Assembly: GCA_002269645.1 (NCBI GenBank)
Contig: NIVC01003535.1
Span: forward strand, 28,425 to 92,424
From: Macrostomum lignano
Lineage: Eukaryota
Direction: 5' to 3'
Length of the DNA stretch: 64,000 nucleotides
Positions 34,501 to 46,500 of this stretch are shown piece after piece. The notes under the pieces were generated by a model. The model was given only the letters and a program-made list of their open reading frames with translations. It had not been told where the DNA came from and did not search any database. The position numbers and the translations under genes were made by a program. How positions within the stretch are numbered: position 1 is the stretch's first letter; each line of letters begins with the position of its first letter.

Positions 34501-37500
34501 CAGTGACATTTGACTACCAGTGACATTTGACTGTCAGAGACATTTGAATACCAGTGACATTTGACTACCAGTGACATTTGACTGTCAGTGACATTTGAAT
34601 ACCAGTGACATTTGACTACCAGTGACATTTGACTGTCAGAGACATTTGACTACCAGTGACATTTGACTGTCAGTGACATTTGACTACCAGTGACATTTGA
34701 CAACCAGTGACATTTGACTACCAGTGACATTTGACTACCAGTGACATTTGACTGTCAGAGACATTTGACAACCAGTGACATTTGACTACCAGTGACATTT
34801 GACTGCCAGTGACATTTGAATACCAGTGACATTTGACTACCAGTGACATTTGACTGTCAGTGACATTTGAATACCAGTGACATTTGACTACCAGTGACAT
34901 TTGACTGTCAGAGACATTTGACTACCAGTGACATTTGACTGTCAGTGACATTTGACTACCAGTGACATTTGACTACCAGTGACATTTGACTGTCAGAGAC
35001 ATTTGACAACCAGTGACATTTGACTACCAGTGACATTTGACTACCAGTGACATTTGACTGTCAGAGACATTTGACAACCAGTGACATTTGACTACCAGTG
35101 ACATTTGACTGCCAGTGACATTTGAATACCAGTGACATTTGACAACCAGTGACATTTGACTACCAGTGACATTTGACTACCAGTGACATTTGACTGTCAG
35201 AGACATTTGACAACCAGTGACATTTGACTACCAGTGACATTTGACTGTCAGAGACATTTGACTACCAGTGAAATTTGACTGTCACAGACATTTGAATACC
35301 AGTGACATTTGACTACCAGTGACATTTGACTGTCAGAGACATTTAACTACCAGTGCCATTTGACTACCAGTGACATTTGACTGCCAGAGACATTTAACTA
35401 CCAGTGACATTTGACTGTCAGAGACATTTGACTGTCAGTGACATTTGAATACCAGTGACATTTGACTGTCAGTGACATTTGACTGTCAGTGACATTTGAC
35501 TGTCAGTGACATTTGACTGTCAGTGACATTTGACTGTCAGTGACATTTGACTGTCAGAGACATTTAACTACCAGTGACATTTGACTGCCAGAGACATTTA
35601 ACTACCAGTGACATTTGACTGTCAGAGACATTTGACTGTCAGTGACATTTGAATACCAGTGACATTTGACTGTCAGTGACATTTGACTGTCAGTGACATT
35701 TGACTGTCAGTGACATTTGACTGTCAGTGACATTCGACTGTCAGTGACATTTGACTGTCAGTGACATTTGACTGTCAGTGACATTTGACTGTCAGTGATA
35801 TTTGACTACCAGTGACATTTGACTGTCAGAGACATTTGACTGTCAGAGACATTTGACTGTCAGAGACATTTGACTGTCAGAGACATTTAACTACCAGTGA
35901 CATTTGACTGTCAGTGACATTTGACTGTCAGTGACATTTGACTGTCAGTGACATTTGACTACCAGTGACATTTGACTGTCAGAGACATTTGACTGTCAGA
36001 GACATTTAACTACCAGTGACATTTAACTACCAGTGACATTTGACTGCCAGAGACATTTAACTACCAGTGACATTTGACTGTCAGAGACATTTGACTGTCA
36101 GTGACATTTGAATACCAGTGACATTTGACTGTCAGTGACATTTGACTGTCAGTGACATTTGACTGTCAGTGACATTTGACTGTCAGTGACATTTGACTGT
36201 CAGTGACATTTGACTGTCAGTGACATTTGACTGTCAGTGACATTTGACTGTCAGTGACATTTGACTGTCAGTGACATTTGACTACCAGTGACATTTGACT
36301 GTCAGAGACATTTGACTGTCAGAGACATTTAACTGTCAGTGACATTTGACTACCAGTGAAATTTGACTGGCATAAATTGACTGCCAATCCAGCCTAACAC
36401 TAAGCCTAACACTAATTGTTTTTAGCACCCTTGGCCTAAATCCCCGGCAGTCAAACATCAGTATCCCAGCAAGATCTCAAATCCCAATCAATCCAGTTTT
36501 TGTTTTCCCCTCCATCCATAGAATGCCAGTCAGAGTGACTGGGCTCTGGCGGAACTCCTAGAAGAACTGGGCTACTCCTGCATAGCAACTGCAGACTCTG
36601 CCAGACTCATCATCTCCGAGTTCGGTGTTCGAGAGCTTAGTCCGAGCGTTGTAGCTCGCTGCATTTCAATGTTTTTGCGCTCTTGCGACGGTCAGCTGAT
36701 CGATCGGCAGATCGGCCTTCACGGGCCCGGCCTGGCTGCCGATGTGCCTGCCGCCAGCGCTTGGTGTGTTGAAAATTTCTTAACGGCTGTCCGCGAACTG
36801 TGCCCCGGTTTGCAGTTTCGCAGCGTTGTTGCCGAACTTGATCACGACGGATTCGAGGTGAAATCGCCGCGGGCCTTTGAACTGCTCAGGGTCTGTCTGA
36901 TGAAGGGATTTCAGGTAGGGATGATGGGTTGTTTTCATTTGCCTTTGGGAGATCCTCAGTTGCTGGGGCCACTGCTCCCCTCCAAATCCTCAGGCTATGA
37001 TACCAGCCTCCCAAGATCCTCAGACTGATACCAGCCTCCCAAGATCCTCAGACTGTGATACCAGTCTCCCAAGATCCTCAGACTGTGATACCAGCCTCCC
37101 AGATCCTCAGTCTATAATACCAGTCTCCCAAGATCCTTAGACTGTGACACCAGTCTCCCAAGATCCTCAGACTGTGATACCAGCCTCCCAGATCCTCAGT
37201 CTATAATACCAGTCTCCCAAGATCCTCAGACTGTGACACCAGCCTCCCAAGATCCTCAGACTGTGACACCAGCCTCCCAAGATCCTCAGACTGATACCAG
37301 CCTCCCAAGATCCTCAGACTGTGATACCAGTCTCCCAAGATCCTCAGACTGTGATACCAGCCTCCCAGATCCTCAGTCTATAATACCAGCCTCCCAAGAT
37401 CCTCAGACTGTGACACCAGCCTCCCAAGATCCTCAGACTGTGACACCAGCCTCCCAAGATCCTCAGACTGTGACACCAGCCTCCCAAGATCCTCAGACTG

Positions 37501-40500
37501 TGATACCAGTCTCCCAAGATCCTCAGACTGTGATACCAGTCTCCCAAGATCCTCAGACTGTGATACCAGTCTCCCAAGATCCTCAGACTGTGATACCAGT
37601 CTCCCAAGATCCTCAGACTGTGATACCAGTCTCCCAAGATCCTCAGACTGTGATACCAGTCTCCCAAGATCCTCAGACTGTGACACCAGTCTCCCAAGAT
37701 CCTCAGACTGTGATACCAGTCTCCCAAGATCCTCAGACTGTGATACCAGTCTCCCAAGATCCTCAGACTGTGATACCAGTCTCCCAAGATCCTCAGACTG
37801 TGATACCAGCCTCCCAAGATCCTCAGACTGTGATACCAGTCTCCCAAGATCCTCAGACTGTGATACCAGCCTCCCAAGATCCTCAGACTGTGATACCAGT
37901 CTCCCAAGATCCTCAGACTGTGATACCAGCCTCCCAGATCCCCAGTCTATGATACCAGATCCTCAGACTGTGACACCAGCCTCCCAAGATCCTCAGACAT
38001 TGATACCAGTCTCCCAAGATCCTCAGACTGTGATACCAGTCTCCCAAGATCCTCAGACTGTGACACCAGCCTCCCAAGATCCTCAGACTGTGATACCAGT
38101 CTCCCAAGATCCTCAGACTGTGATACCAGTCTCCCAAGATCCTCAGACTGTGATACCAGTCTCTCAAGATCCTCAGACTGTGACACCAGCCTCCCAAGAT
38201 CCTCAGACTGTGATACCAGTCTCCCAAGATCCTCAGACTGTGATACCAGTCTCCCAAGATCCTCAGACTGTGATACCAGCCTCCCAAGATCCTCAGGCTG
38301 TGACACCAGCCTCCCAAGATCCTCAGACTGTGATACCAGTCTCCCAAGATCCTCAGACTGTGATACCAGTCTCCCAAGATCCTCAGACTGTGATACCAGT
38401 CTCCCAAGATCCTCAGACTGTGACACCAGCCTCCCAAGATCCTCAGACTGTGATACCAGCCTCCCAAGATCCTCAGTCTATAATACCAGCCTCCCAGATC
38501 CCCAGTCTATGATACCAGATCCTCAGACTGTGACACCAGCCTCCCAAGATCCTCAGACTGTGACACCAGCCTCCCAAGATCCTCAGACTGTGATACCAGT
38601 CTCCCAAGATCCTCAGACTGTGATACCAGTCTCCCAAGATCCTCAGACTGTGACACCAGTCTCCCAAGATCCTCAGACTGTGACACCAGCCTCCCAAGAT
38701 CCTCAGACTGTGATACCAGTCTCCCAAGATCCTCAGACTGTGATACCAGTCTCCCAAGATCCTCAGACTGTGATACCAGTCTCCCAAGATCCTCAGACTG
38801 TGATACCAGTCTCCCAGATCCTCAGTCTATAATACCAGCCTCCCAGATCCCCAGTCTATGATACCAGATCCTCATACTGTGATACCAGCCTCTCAGATCC
38901 TCAGACCCAAATACTCAAGACTGTCCCCAGATAACCCGAGTTTAAACGATGCCTTATTAGACCATTGATTTAGCATAATATGGTTATAGCAGACCAGAAC
39001 ATCAGTGCTGCACTCCCGCCCGCCCAAATCCCAGGGCCCGACCAGCGACCTGCCCATAGAGATATTCTACCGGCCTTGGCGCAACGCCCAGGGCCAGCTA
39101 TCGTTTCTGCGCCACTGCCTGCTCTATCCCGAAATTCTCTGCCTCGGCTATTGGCGCTTCCGCCAATCGGAATTGGGCCGGCTGAAGCTCAACGCATCGC
39201 TGGGTGCAGCTGGGGCTGATGACGAAGCAAGAGGCGCCCAGATGTGGCGCAATCTGGACCTGATCGACGCCCTGCTGTGCCTGTCCGAAAAGGTACTTTA
39301 GCGATTAACCTTCTACTGACATCGCTATAAAACCATCTCCTCACGCAATAAGCTCCCCCAATGTCCACTCATCCCAGGGATTCTATACCGAAGTTCGCGA
39401 GCTGCTCGACCAGCCAATCAAAGCCTGTCCCGAGCTGCTTATGCTTTCTCTGCTACAATCGCACGACTCAACTCCAACCGGTATGGGCATACTCAAACAG
39501 GAGCTACTCCAGCTGCTCACCTGTCTGTTGCTTAGCAACAGTCAGAACGTACACTCGGTGCTGGGCCATGCCTGGAATTACCCTCCTGTAAGGCCTGTAC
39601 TGCTGGCGGCCCTAGCTGATTGGACAGTGCACAACGGTAGCCAAGATAGCGACGACAAATTGGAATTGATTCGGGTTGCTAAAGCTTTAGAATTGATAGT
39701 TAATTATCTGCAAAGCAGCAATATGGAGGGTCTGGCTATGGCTTTGAAATCGTCGAATTATTTGTTCGCTTTGAGCATGGCCTGTTTTGCGGCTAAGCGG
39801 GACTTTCTAAATTTGGAAGTCTGGATTAACGAACGCTTGGGGAATGCGGCGACGGATTCGTTCAAGCGGCCGTGAAGTTTTTGACTACTCGAGCGGCCTC
39901 GCTGGTTGCTGGGGAGGAGGCGCCATTAGAGGTGCTCCAGAAGCCTGTAGCTCAGGTAAATGATTTTTTCATTGTTGTTATTAAAATATTGTTTATGAGC
40001 ACAAATTATGAATTGAAAATCGCTGAAATAAGACAGTAAATAAGTAACCGAAAATGTCCTTCAACAGACTAAACAATCCCAAAGAATCTCATAAACACCC
40101 CAAAGAATCTCCCATAAACATCCTAAATTATCTCTTATAAACACATCAAACAATCTCTTATAAACATAATGAAGAATCTCGCATAAACAACCTAAAAAAT
40201 CTCACATAAACACCCAAAATAGTGTCCCATAGACACCTTAAATATCCCATAAACACCCTGAAGTTTGGCGAATCTCCCATAAACCATTCTGAAGAGTCTG
40301 CCATTAACACATCAAACAATCTCCCAAAACCACCCTAAATAATCTCATCAACACCCAAAGTAATCTCCGATAAACACCCTTAAGAATCTTCCATAAATAC
40401 TCAAAATAATCTCCTATAAACATCCTAAAAATTTCTCCACTCTAAATGATATCCCATAAGCACAATAAAGAATATCGAATCAACACCCTGAATAATCTCC

Positions 40501-43500
40501 CATAAACACCTTAAATAATCTCCCATACCATAAGCATCCTAAATAATCTCCTATAAACGCCTTGAAGAATCTCCCATAAGCATCTTAAATAATCTTCCAT
40601 AAACACCCTGAAGAATCTCCCATCAACACACTAAAGAATCTCCCATAAACACACTAAAGAATCTCCCATAAACACACTAAAGAATCTCCCATAAACACAC
40701 TAAATAATCTCCCATAAACACACTAAAGAATCTCCTAAAAACACACTAAAGAGTCTCCCATATAAACACTAAATCCTTAGATTTCCAATTAAACACTAAA
40801 ATGCCGCCCGTTCCCGCTCCAGTACCTGGACAAGGCCGCAGTCCAGACCATACTCCGCTGCCTCGAGCGTCGCGCACCGCAGCCGGGCAGCTCGCTGCTG
40901 CCAGAAACCACAGCCGATGTGGCAACTCTGCTACTCAATTTTAATCGAAATTTGCATGGCCGATCTCAGACCCTGCCGCCTCATCAAATTATGCAACGTC
41001 AGCATAGCGGCGGAGATCATCTGACTGCGTCCAATTTGATGCCTCCGCCGCCGCCTCCGCCACCGCCACCGCCTCCACCGTCTGCGTTTAGCAAGCTGCC
41101 GGGGCCGCCTCCGCAATCGGTTGTGGGCGGATCATTCTCTAGTGGCTTGCAAACCGCATTCAGCTCACAGATGTCTAGTAAGTGGCTATTAGTTTTTAAC
41201 GCCACTGAGATGAACGTAGCAGTGTCTGAAGTGTGACCGTAGCGGTGTCTGAAGTGTGACCGTAGTGGTGTCTGAAGGGTGACCGTAGTGGTGTCTGAAG
41301 GGTGACCGTAGCGGTGTCTGAAGTGTGACCGTAGTGGTGTCTGAAGTGTGACCGTAGCGGTGTCTGAAGGGTGACCGTAGCGGTGTCTGAAGTGTGACCG
41401 TAGTGGTGTCTGAAGTGTGTCCGTAGCGGTGTCTGAAGGGTGACCGTAGCGGTGTCTCAAGGGTGACCGTAGCGGTGTCTGAAGGGTGACCGTAGCGGTG
41501 TCTGAAGGGTGACCGTAGCGGTGTCTGAAGTGTGACCGTAGTGGTGTCTGAAGTGTGTCCGTAGCGGTGTCTGAAGGGTGACCGTAGCGGTGTCTCAAGG
41601 GTGACCGTAGCGGTGTCTGAAGTGTGTCCGTAGCGTTGTCTGAAGGGTGACCGTAGCCTTGTCTGAAGGGTGACCGTAGCGGTGTCTCAAGGGTGACCGT
41701 AGCGCTGCCTGAAGAAACGGGTGTTTATCATTGCTAAAACATCCAACGGCAGTCTCTCGCGCGAGGCTCAAGCTTTGATCCGATTTTTAAAAAATCAATT
41801 TCAGACATGCCTCTCTCTCCGGTTCCGTCCGCTTCCATGCTGAAACCCGGCGCCAATCCCCTGGCCGGCCTGCTGCCGCCCCAGCAATTGACACCGAAGC
41901 ACAAGCTGCCGCCGCCATCAATGTCGGTGATGCCGCCACCCATCGGATCGCCGCATCCCGGAACGGGTCATCCGACGCCGCCGCCGCCGCACCTGGCTCC
42001 TCCACCCGGTCACATGGGCATGCCGCCGCCTCCGCCTCCGGGACCTCCTGGCAGTGCGCCGTCGCATTATCGCAGCCCGATGCTGGGCCTAGCGATGCCC
42101 CCGGAGCTGCTGACCCAGCCGCCATCTGCTGAACTAGACGAGCGAGTCAATCTAATCATGAAAAGTCTATTTAGCAGCGCAATCACCTCGGATGAAGTGT
42201 TCGCCGTGCTTCGCGATCCTAACGAGAAACAACTGTGCAATTATTTTCTCAGAGTATTGGCTGACGAGTTTGTCCACATTCCAACTAGTTTCCCGCCTAA
42301 GCAGCGCTCCATTATGGCCGAACTGTTTGGTCATGTGATTGCTCTGCGATTTCAATTGGCTTCGCACAGCGTGCTGACCTATTTCCTGCGCCTGCTGAAC
42401 TTCTGCCTCACTAGGCCGATTGAGACCGAGTCTGATCAGACTTTCTTCACCTTTGGCCTGGATATTCTTAATAAGTGAGTTTATAACTGTTTTTATGTAG
42501 CAGAGTTGTTTATTATGGTCCTCCATCTCCGTGTGCTCATGATCCCATCTCCGTGTGCTCATGATCCCATCTCCGTGTGCTCATGATCCCATCTCAGTGT
42601 GTTCATGATCCCCACATCCGTGTGCTCATGATCCCATCTCCGTGTGTTCATGATCCCCACATCCGTGTGCTCATGATCCCATCTCCGTGTGTTCATGATC
42701 CCATCTCAGTGTGTTCATGATCCCCACATCCGTGTGCTCGTGATCCCATCTCCGTGTGCTCATGATCCTATCTCCGTGTGCTCATGATCCCATCTCCGTG
42801 TGCTCATGATCCCATCTCAGTGTGCTCATGATCCCATCTCCGTGTGTTCATGATCCCATCTCCGTGTGCTCATGATCCTATCTCCGTGTGCTCATGATCC
42901 CATCTCCGTGTGCTCATGATCCCATCTCCGTGTGCTCATGATCCCATCTCCGTGTGCTCATGATCCCATCTCCGTGTGCTCATAATCCAATTTGTGTTCG
43001 TTATCTCATATCTCATTCATATAATCCCTTATCCCAGACTCATTTAATCCGATATTCATATAATCCCACATCCACCGCATTCATAACTCCAACCCGCCCT
43101 GCACAGGTGCAAGCCCAGCCTATCGGATTACCGCCAGGTAGCCAGCCACCTGCTGTCCTGCTCCAATTTCGCCAAGTTCCCCAAGGATCTGCAGATTGCA
43201 ATTCAAATTGCTGCGAACGGTGCCAGCAACACGGAGGCCGGTGCCGGGTCGCTGGTCACAGCCGGTCGCTCCGATGATCAGCAAGGCAGATCTGGCGATT
43301 CAGCTCCAGACTCGACAGTCGTTGAGGAGCCAGTTAGCCCTCCCGAGTCTGTACAGGATGCTGTATTCTTCATCTTTAACAATTTGAGCAAGATTAATAT
43401 TGGCACAAAAGCGGAAGAGCTGCTCCGAGCTGTGCCAGAGGATTACATACCCTGGCTGGGGCAGTACCTAGTGATGAAGCGGGTTACCACAGAGCCAAAC

Positions 43501-46500
43501 TTTCACCAGCTCTACATTGACTTGATGGACGCTTTGAATGTGCCTAAATTAAAAGAAGTTGTACTGCAGCAAACGTTTCGCAGTATTAGAGCACTGCTGC
43601 TCAATATGCGACCGGATCTGAACGATTATAATGACAGGGCTCTGCTCAAAAATATTGGCCGCTTTCTCGGACTGCTCACGCTGGCTAAGAACCGGCCTAT
43701 ACTATACGAAGACATGAATTTGAAAGGCCTGCTATTGGAGGCCTACTGCAAAGGTCAGGTAGAGATGCACTACGCTGTACCCTTTGTCTCTCGTACCCTG
43801 GAGGCTTGCAACGCTAGCACCGTGTTCCGGCCTCCAAATCCCTGGACAATGGGCATCATTCGCGTATTGAAAGAGCTGCACATGGACAAGGCGGTGAAAA
43901 ATTCGTTAAAATTTGAAGTGGAAATTTTGTGCAGAAATTTGAGCATCAATTTCGACGAATTGGAGCCGGCTTATTATCTGCGGGACAGCGAACGGGTCAG
44001 GCAGATCGAGATGGAGAGCTGCCAGATCCGCTCCAGCCAGACTGCCGGCGGGAGGCCTACCGAGCAGTCGGAGCTTCGGGTAGCTGCTGGCCTGCAGATG
44101 ACCGCACCGGCTGAGGAATTCGAGCCTGCAACTCATCCGCATCATTCCCAGCCTCCAATGCCGCCGTTGAGCTTTCAAGACGCGCCCTCAGCCTCCTCGG
44201 CTGCTTTTAATCGTCATCATCATCAGCAGCAGGTTTTCAGTGCGGTCTCATCATCCACTGCCGGTATGTTTCCAAACTGCCGATTCTGAAAACTTACATA
44301 CATGCAAAATGGCCCCTTGAAAACGTTGACGACCGTGCCAAGAGTTTAAAGAATTATTGCAAACAATTCAAAGTTGTTACAGATTCATACAGTGACGCAG
44401 ATGTGTGCTTTAGGCACAACTGCGACTCTTTGACGACTTGTGTTTTACCTCAAGGCCAGATAGGGAGCCTAGCGTGTGACTGCGGGCCAGAGGGGAGAGA
44501 TGAGAGGGAACCGAGTAGGGAGAGGAGAAATAGGAGTAAAGAGAGGAGACACGGAGGAGGAGAGAATTGGGAGGAGAAAAGACAGAAGAGAGGAGAGGAG
44601 AAAAGAGACTAGACTAGAGAGGAGAAAAGAGACTAGACTAGAGAGGAGAAAAGAGACTAGACTAGAGAGGAGAAAAGAGACTAGACTAGAGAGGAGAAAA
44701 GAGACTAGACTAGAGAGGAGAAAAGAGACTAGACTAGAGAGGAGAAAAGAGACTAGACTAGAGAGGAGAAAAGAGACTAGACTAGAGAGGAGAAAAGAGA
44801 CTAGACTAGAGAGGAGAAAAGAGACTAGACTAGAGAGGAGAAAAGAGACTAGACTAGAGAGGAAAAAAGAGACTAGACTAGAGAGGAGAAAAGAGACTAG
44901 ACTAGAGAGGAGAAAAGAGACTAGACTAGAGAGGAGAAAAGAGACTAGACTAGAGAGGAGAAAAGAGACTAGACTAGAGAGGAAAAAGAGACTAGACTAG
45001 AGAGGAAAAAGAGACTAGACTAGAGAGGAGAAAAGAGACTAGACTAGAGAGGAGAAAAGAGACTAGACTAGAGAGGAAAAAGAGACTAGACTAGAGAGGA
45101 AAAAGAGACTAGACTAGAGAGGAGAAAAGAGACTAGACTAGAGAGGAGAAAAGAGACTAGACTAGAGAGGAGAAAAGAGACTAGACTAGAGAGGAGAAAA
45201 GAGACTAGACTAGAGAGGAGAAAAGAGACTAGACTAGAGAGGAGAAAAGAGACTAGACTAGAGAGGAGAAAAGAGACTAGACTAGAGAGGAGAAAAGAGA
45301 CTAGACTAGAGAGGAGAAAAGAGACTAGACTAGAGAGGAGAAAAGAGACTAGACTAGAGAGGAGAAAAGAGACTAGACTAGAGAGGAGAAGAGACTAGAA
45401 TAGAGAGGAGAAAAAAGACTAGACTAGAGAGGAGAAAAGAGACTAGACTAGAGAGGAGAAAAGAGACTAGACTAGAGAGGAGAAAAGAGACTAGACTAGA
45501 GAGGAGAAAAGAGACTAGACTAGAGAGGAGAAAAGAGACTAGACTAGAGAGGAGAAGAGACTAGAATAGAGAGGAGAAAAGAGACTAGACTAGAGAGGAG
45601 AAAAGAGACTAGACTAGAGAGGAGAAGAGACTAGAATAGAGAGGAGAAAAGACAGAAGAAAGGAGAGGAGAAAAGAGACTAGACTAGAGAGGAGAAAAGA
45701 GACTAGACTAGAGAGGAGAAGAGACTAGAATAGAGAGGAGAAAATAAACTAGACTAGAGAGGAGAAAAGAGACTAGACTAGAGAGGAGAAAAGAGACTAG
45801 ACTAGAGAGGAGAAAAGAGACTAGACTAGAGAGGAGAAAAGAGACTAGACTAGAGAGGAGAAGAGACTAGAATAGAGAGGAGAAAATAAACTAGACTAGA
45901 GAGGAGAAAAGAGACTAGACTAGAGAGGAGAAAAGAGACTAGACTAGAGAGGAGAAAAGAGACTAGACTAGAGAGGAGAAAAGAGACTAGACTAGAGAGG
46001 AGAAAAGAGACTAGACTAGAGAGGAGAAAAGAGACTAGACTAGAGAGGAGAAAAGAGACTAGACTAGAGAGGAGAAGAGACTAAAATAGAGAGGAGAAAA
46101 GAGACTAGACTAGAGAGGAGAAAAGAGACTAGACTAGAGAGGAGAAGAGACTAGAATAGAGAGGAGAAAAGACAGACTAGACTAGAGAGGAGAAAAGAGA
46201 CTAGACTAGAGAGGAGAAAAGAGACTAGACTAGAGAGGAGAAAAGAGACTAGACTAGAGAGGAGAAAAGAGACTAGACTAGAGAGGAGAAAAGAGACTAG
46301 ACTAGAGAGGAGAAAAGAGACTAGACTAGAGAGGAGAAAAGAGACTAGACTAGAGAGGAGAAGAGACTAGAATAGAGAAGGAGAAAAGAGACTAGACTAG
46401 AGAGGAGAAGAGACTAGACTAGAGAGGAGAAGAGACTAGAATAGAGAGGAGAAAAGAACTAGACTAGAGAGGAGAAGAGACTAGAATAGAGAGGAGAAAA

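Noticed and set aside
37233-38832. Mucin-like ([10 protein letters not shown])n and other repeat ORFs inside CNOT1 introns
   Set aside because: They lie wholly within introns whose flanking exons join in phase without them; they are open only because the unit length is a multiple of 3 or has no stop.
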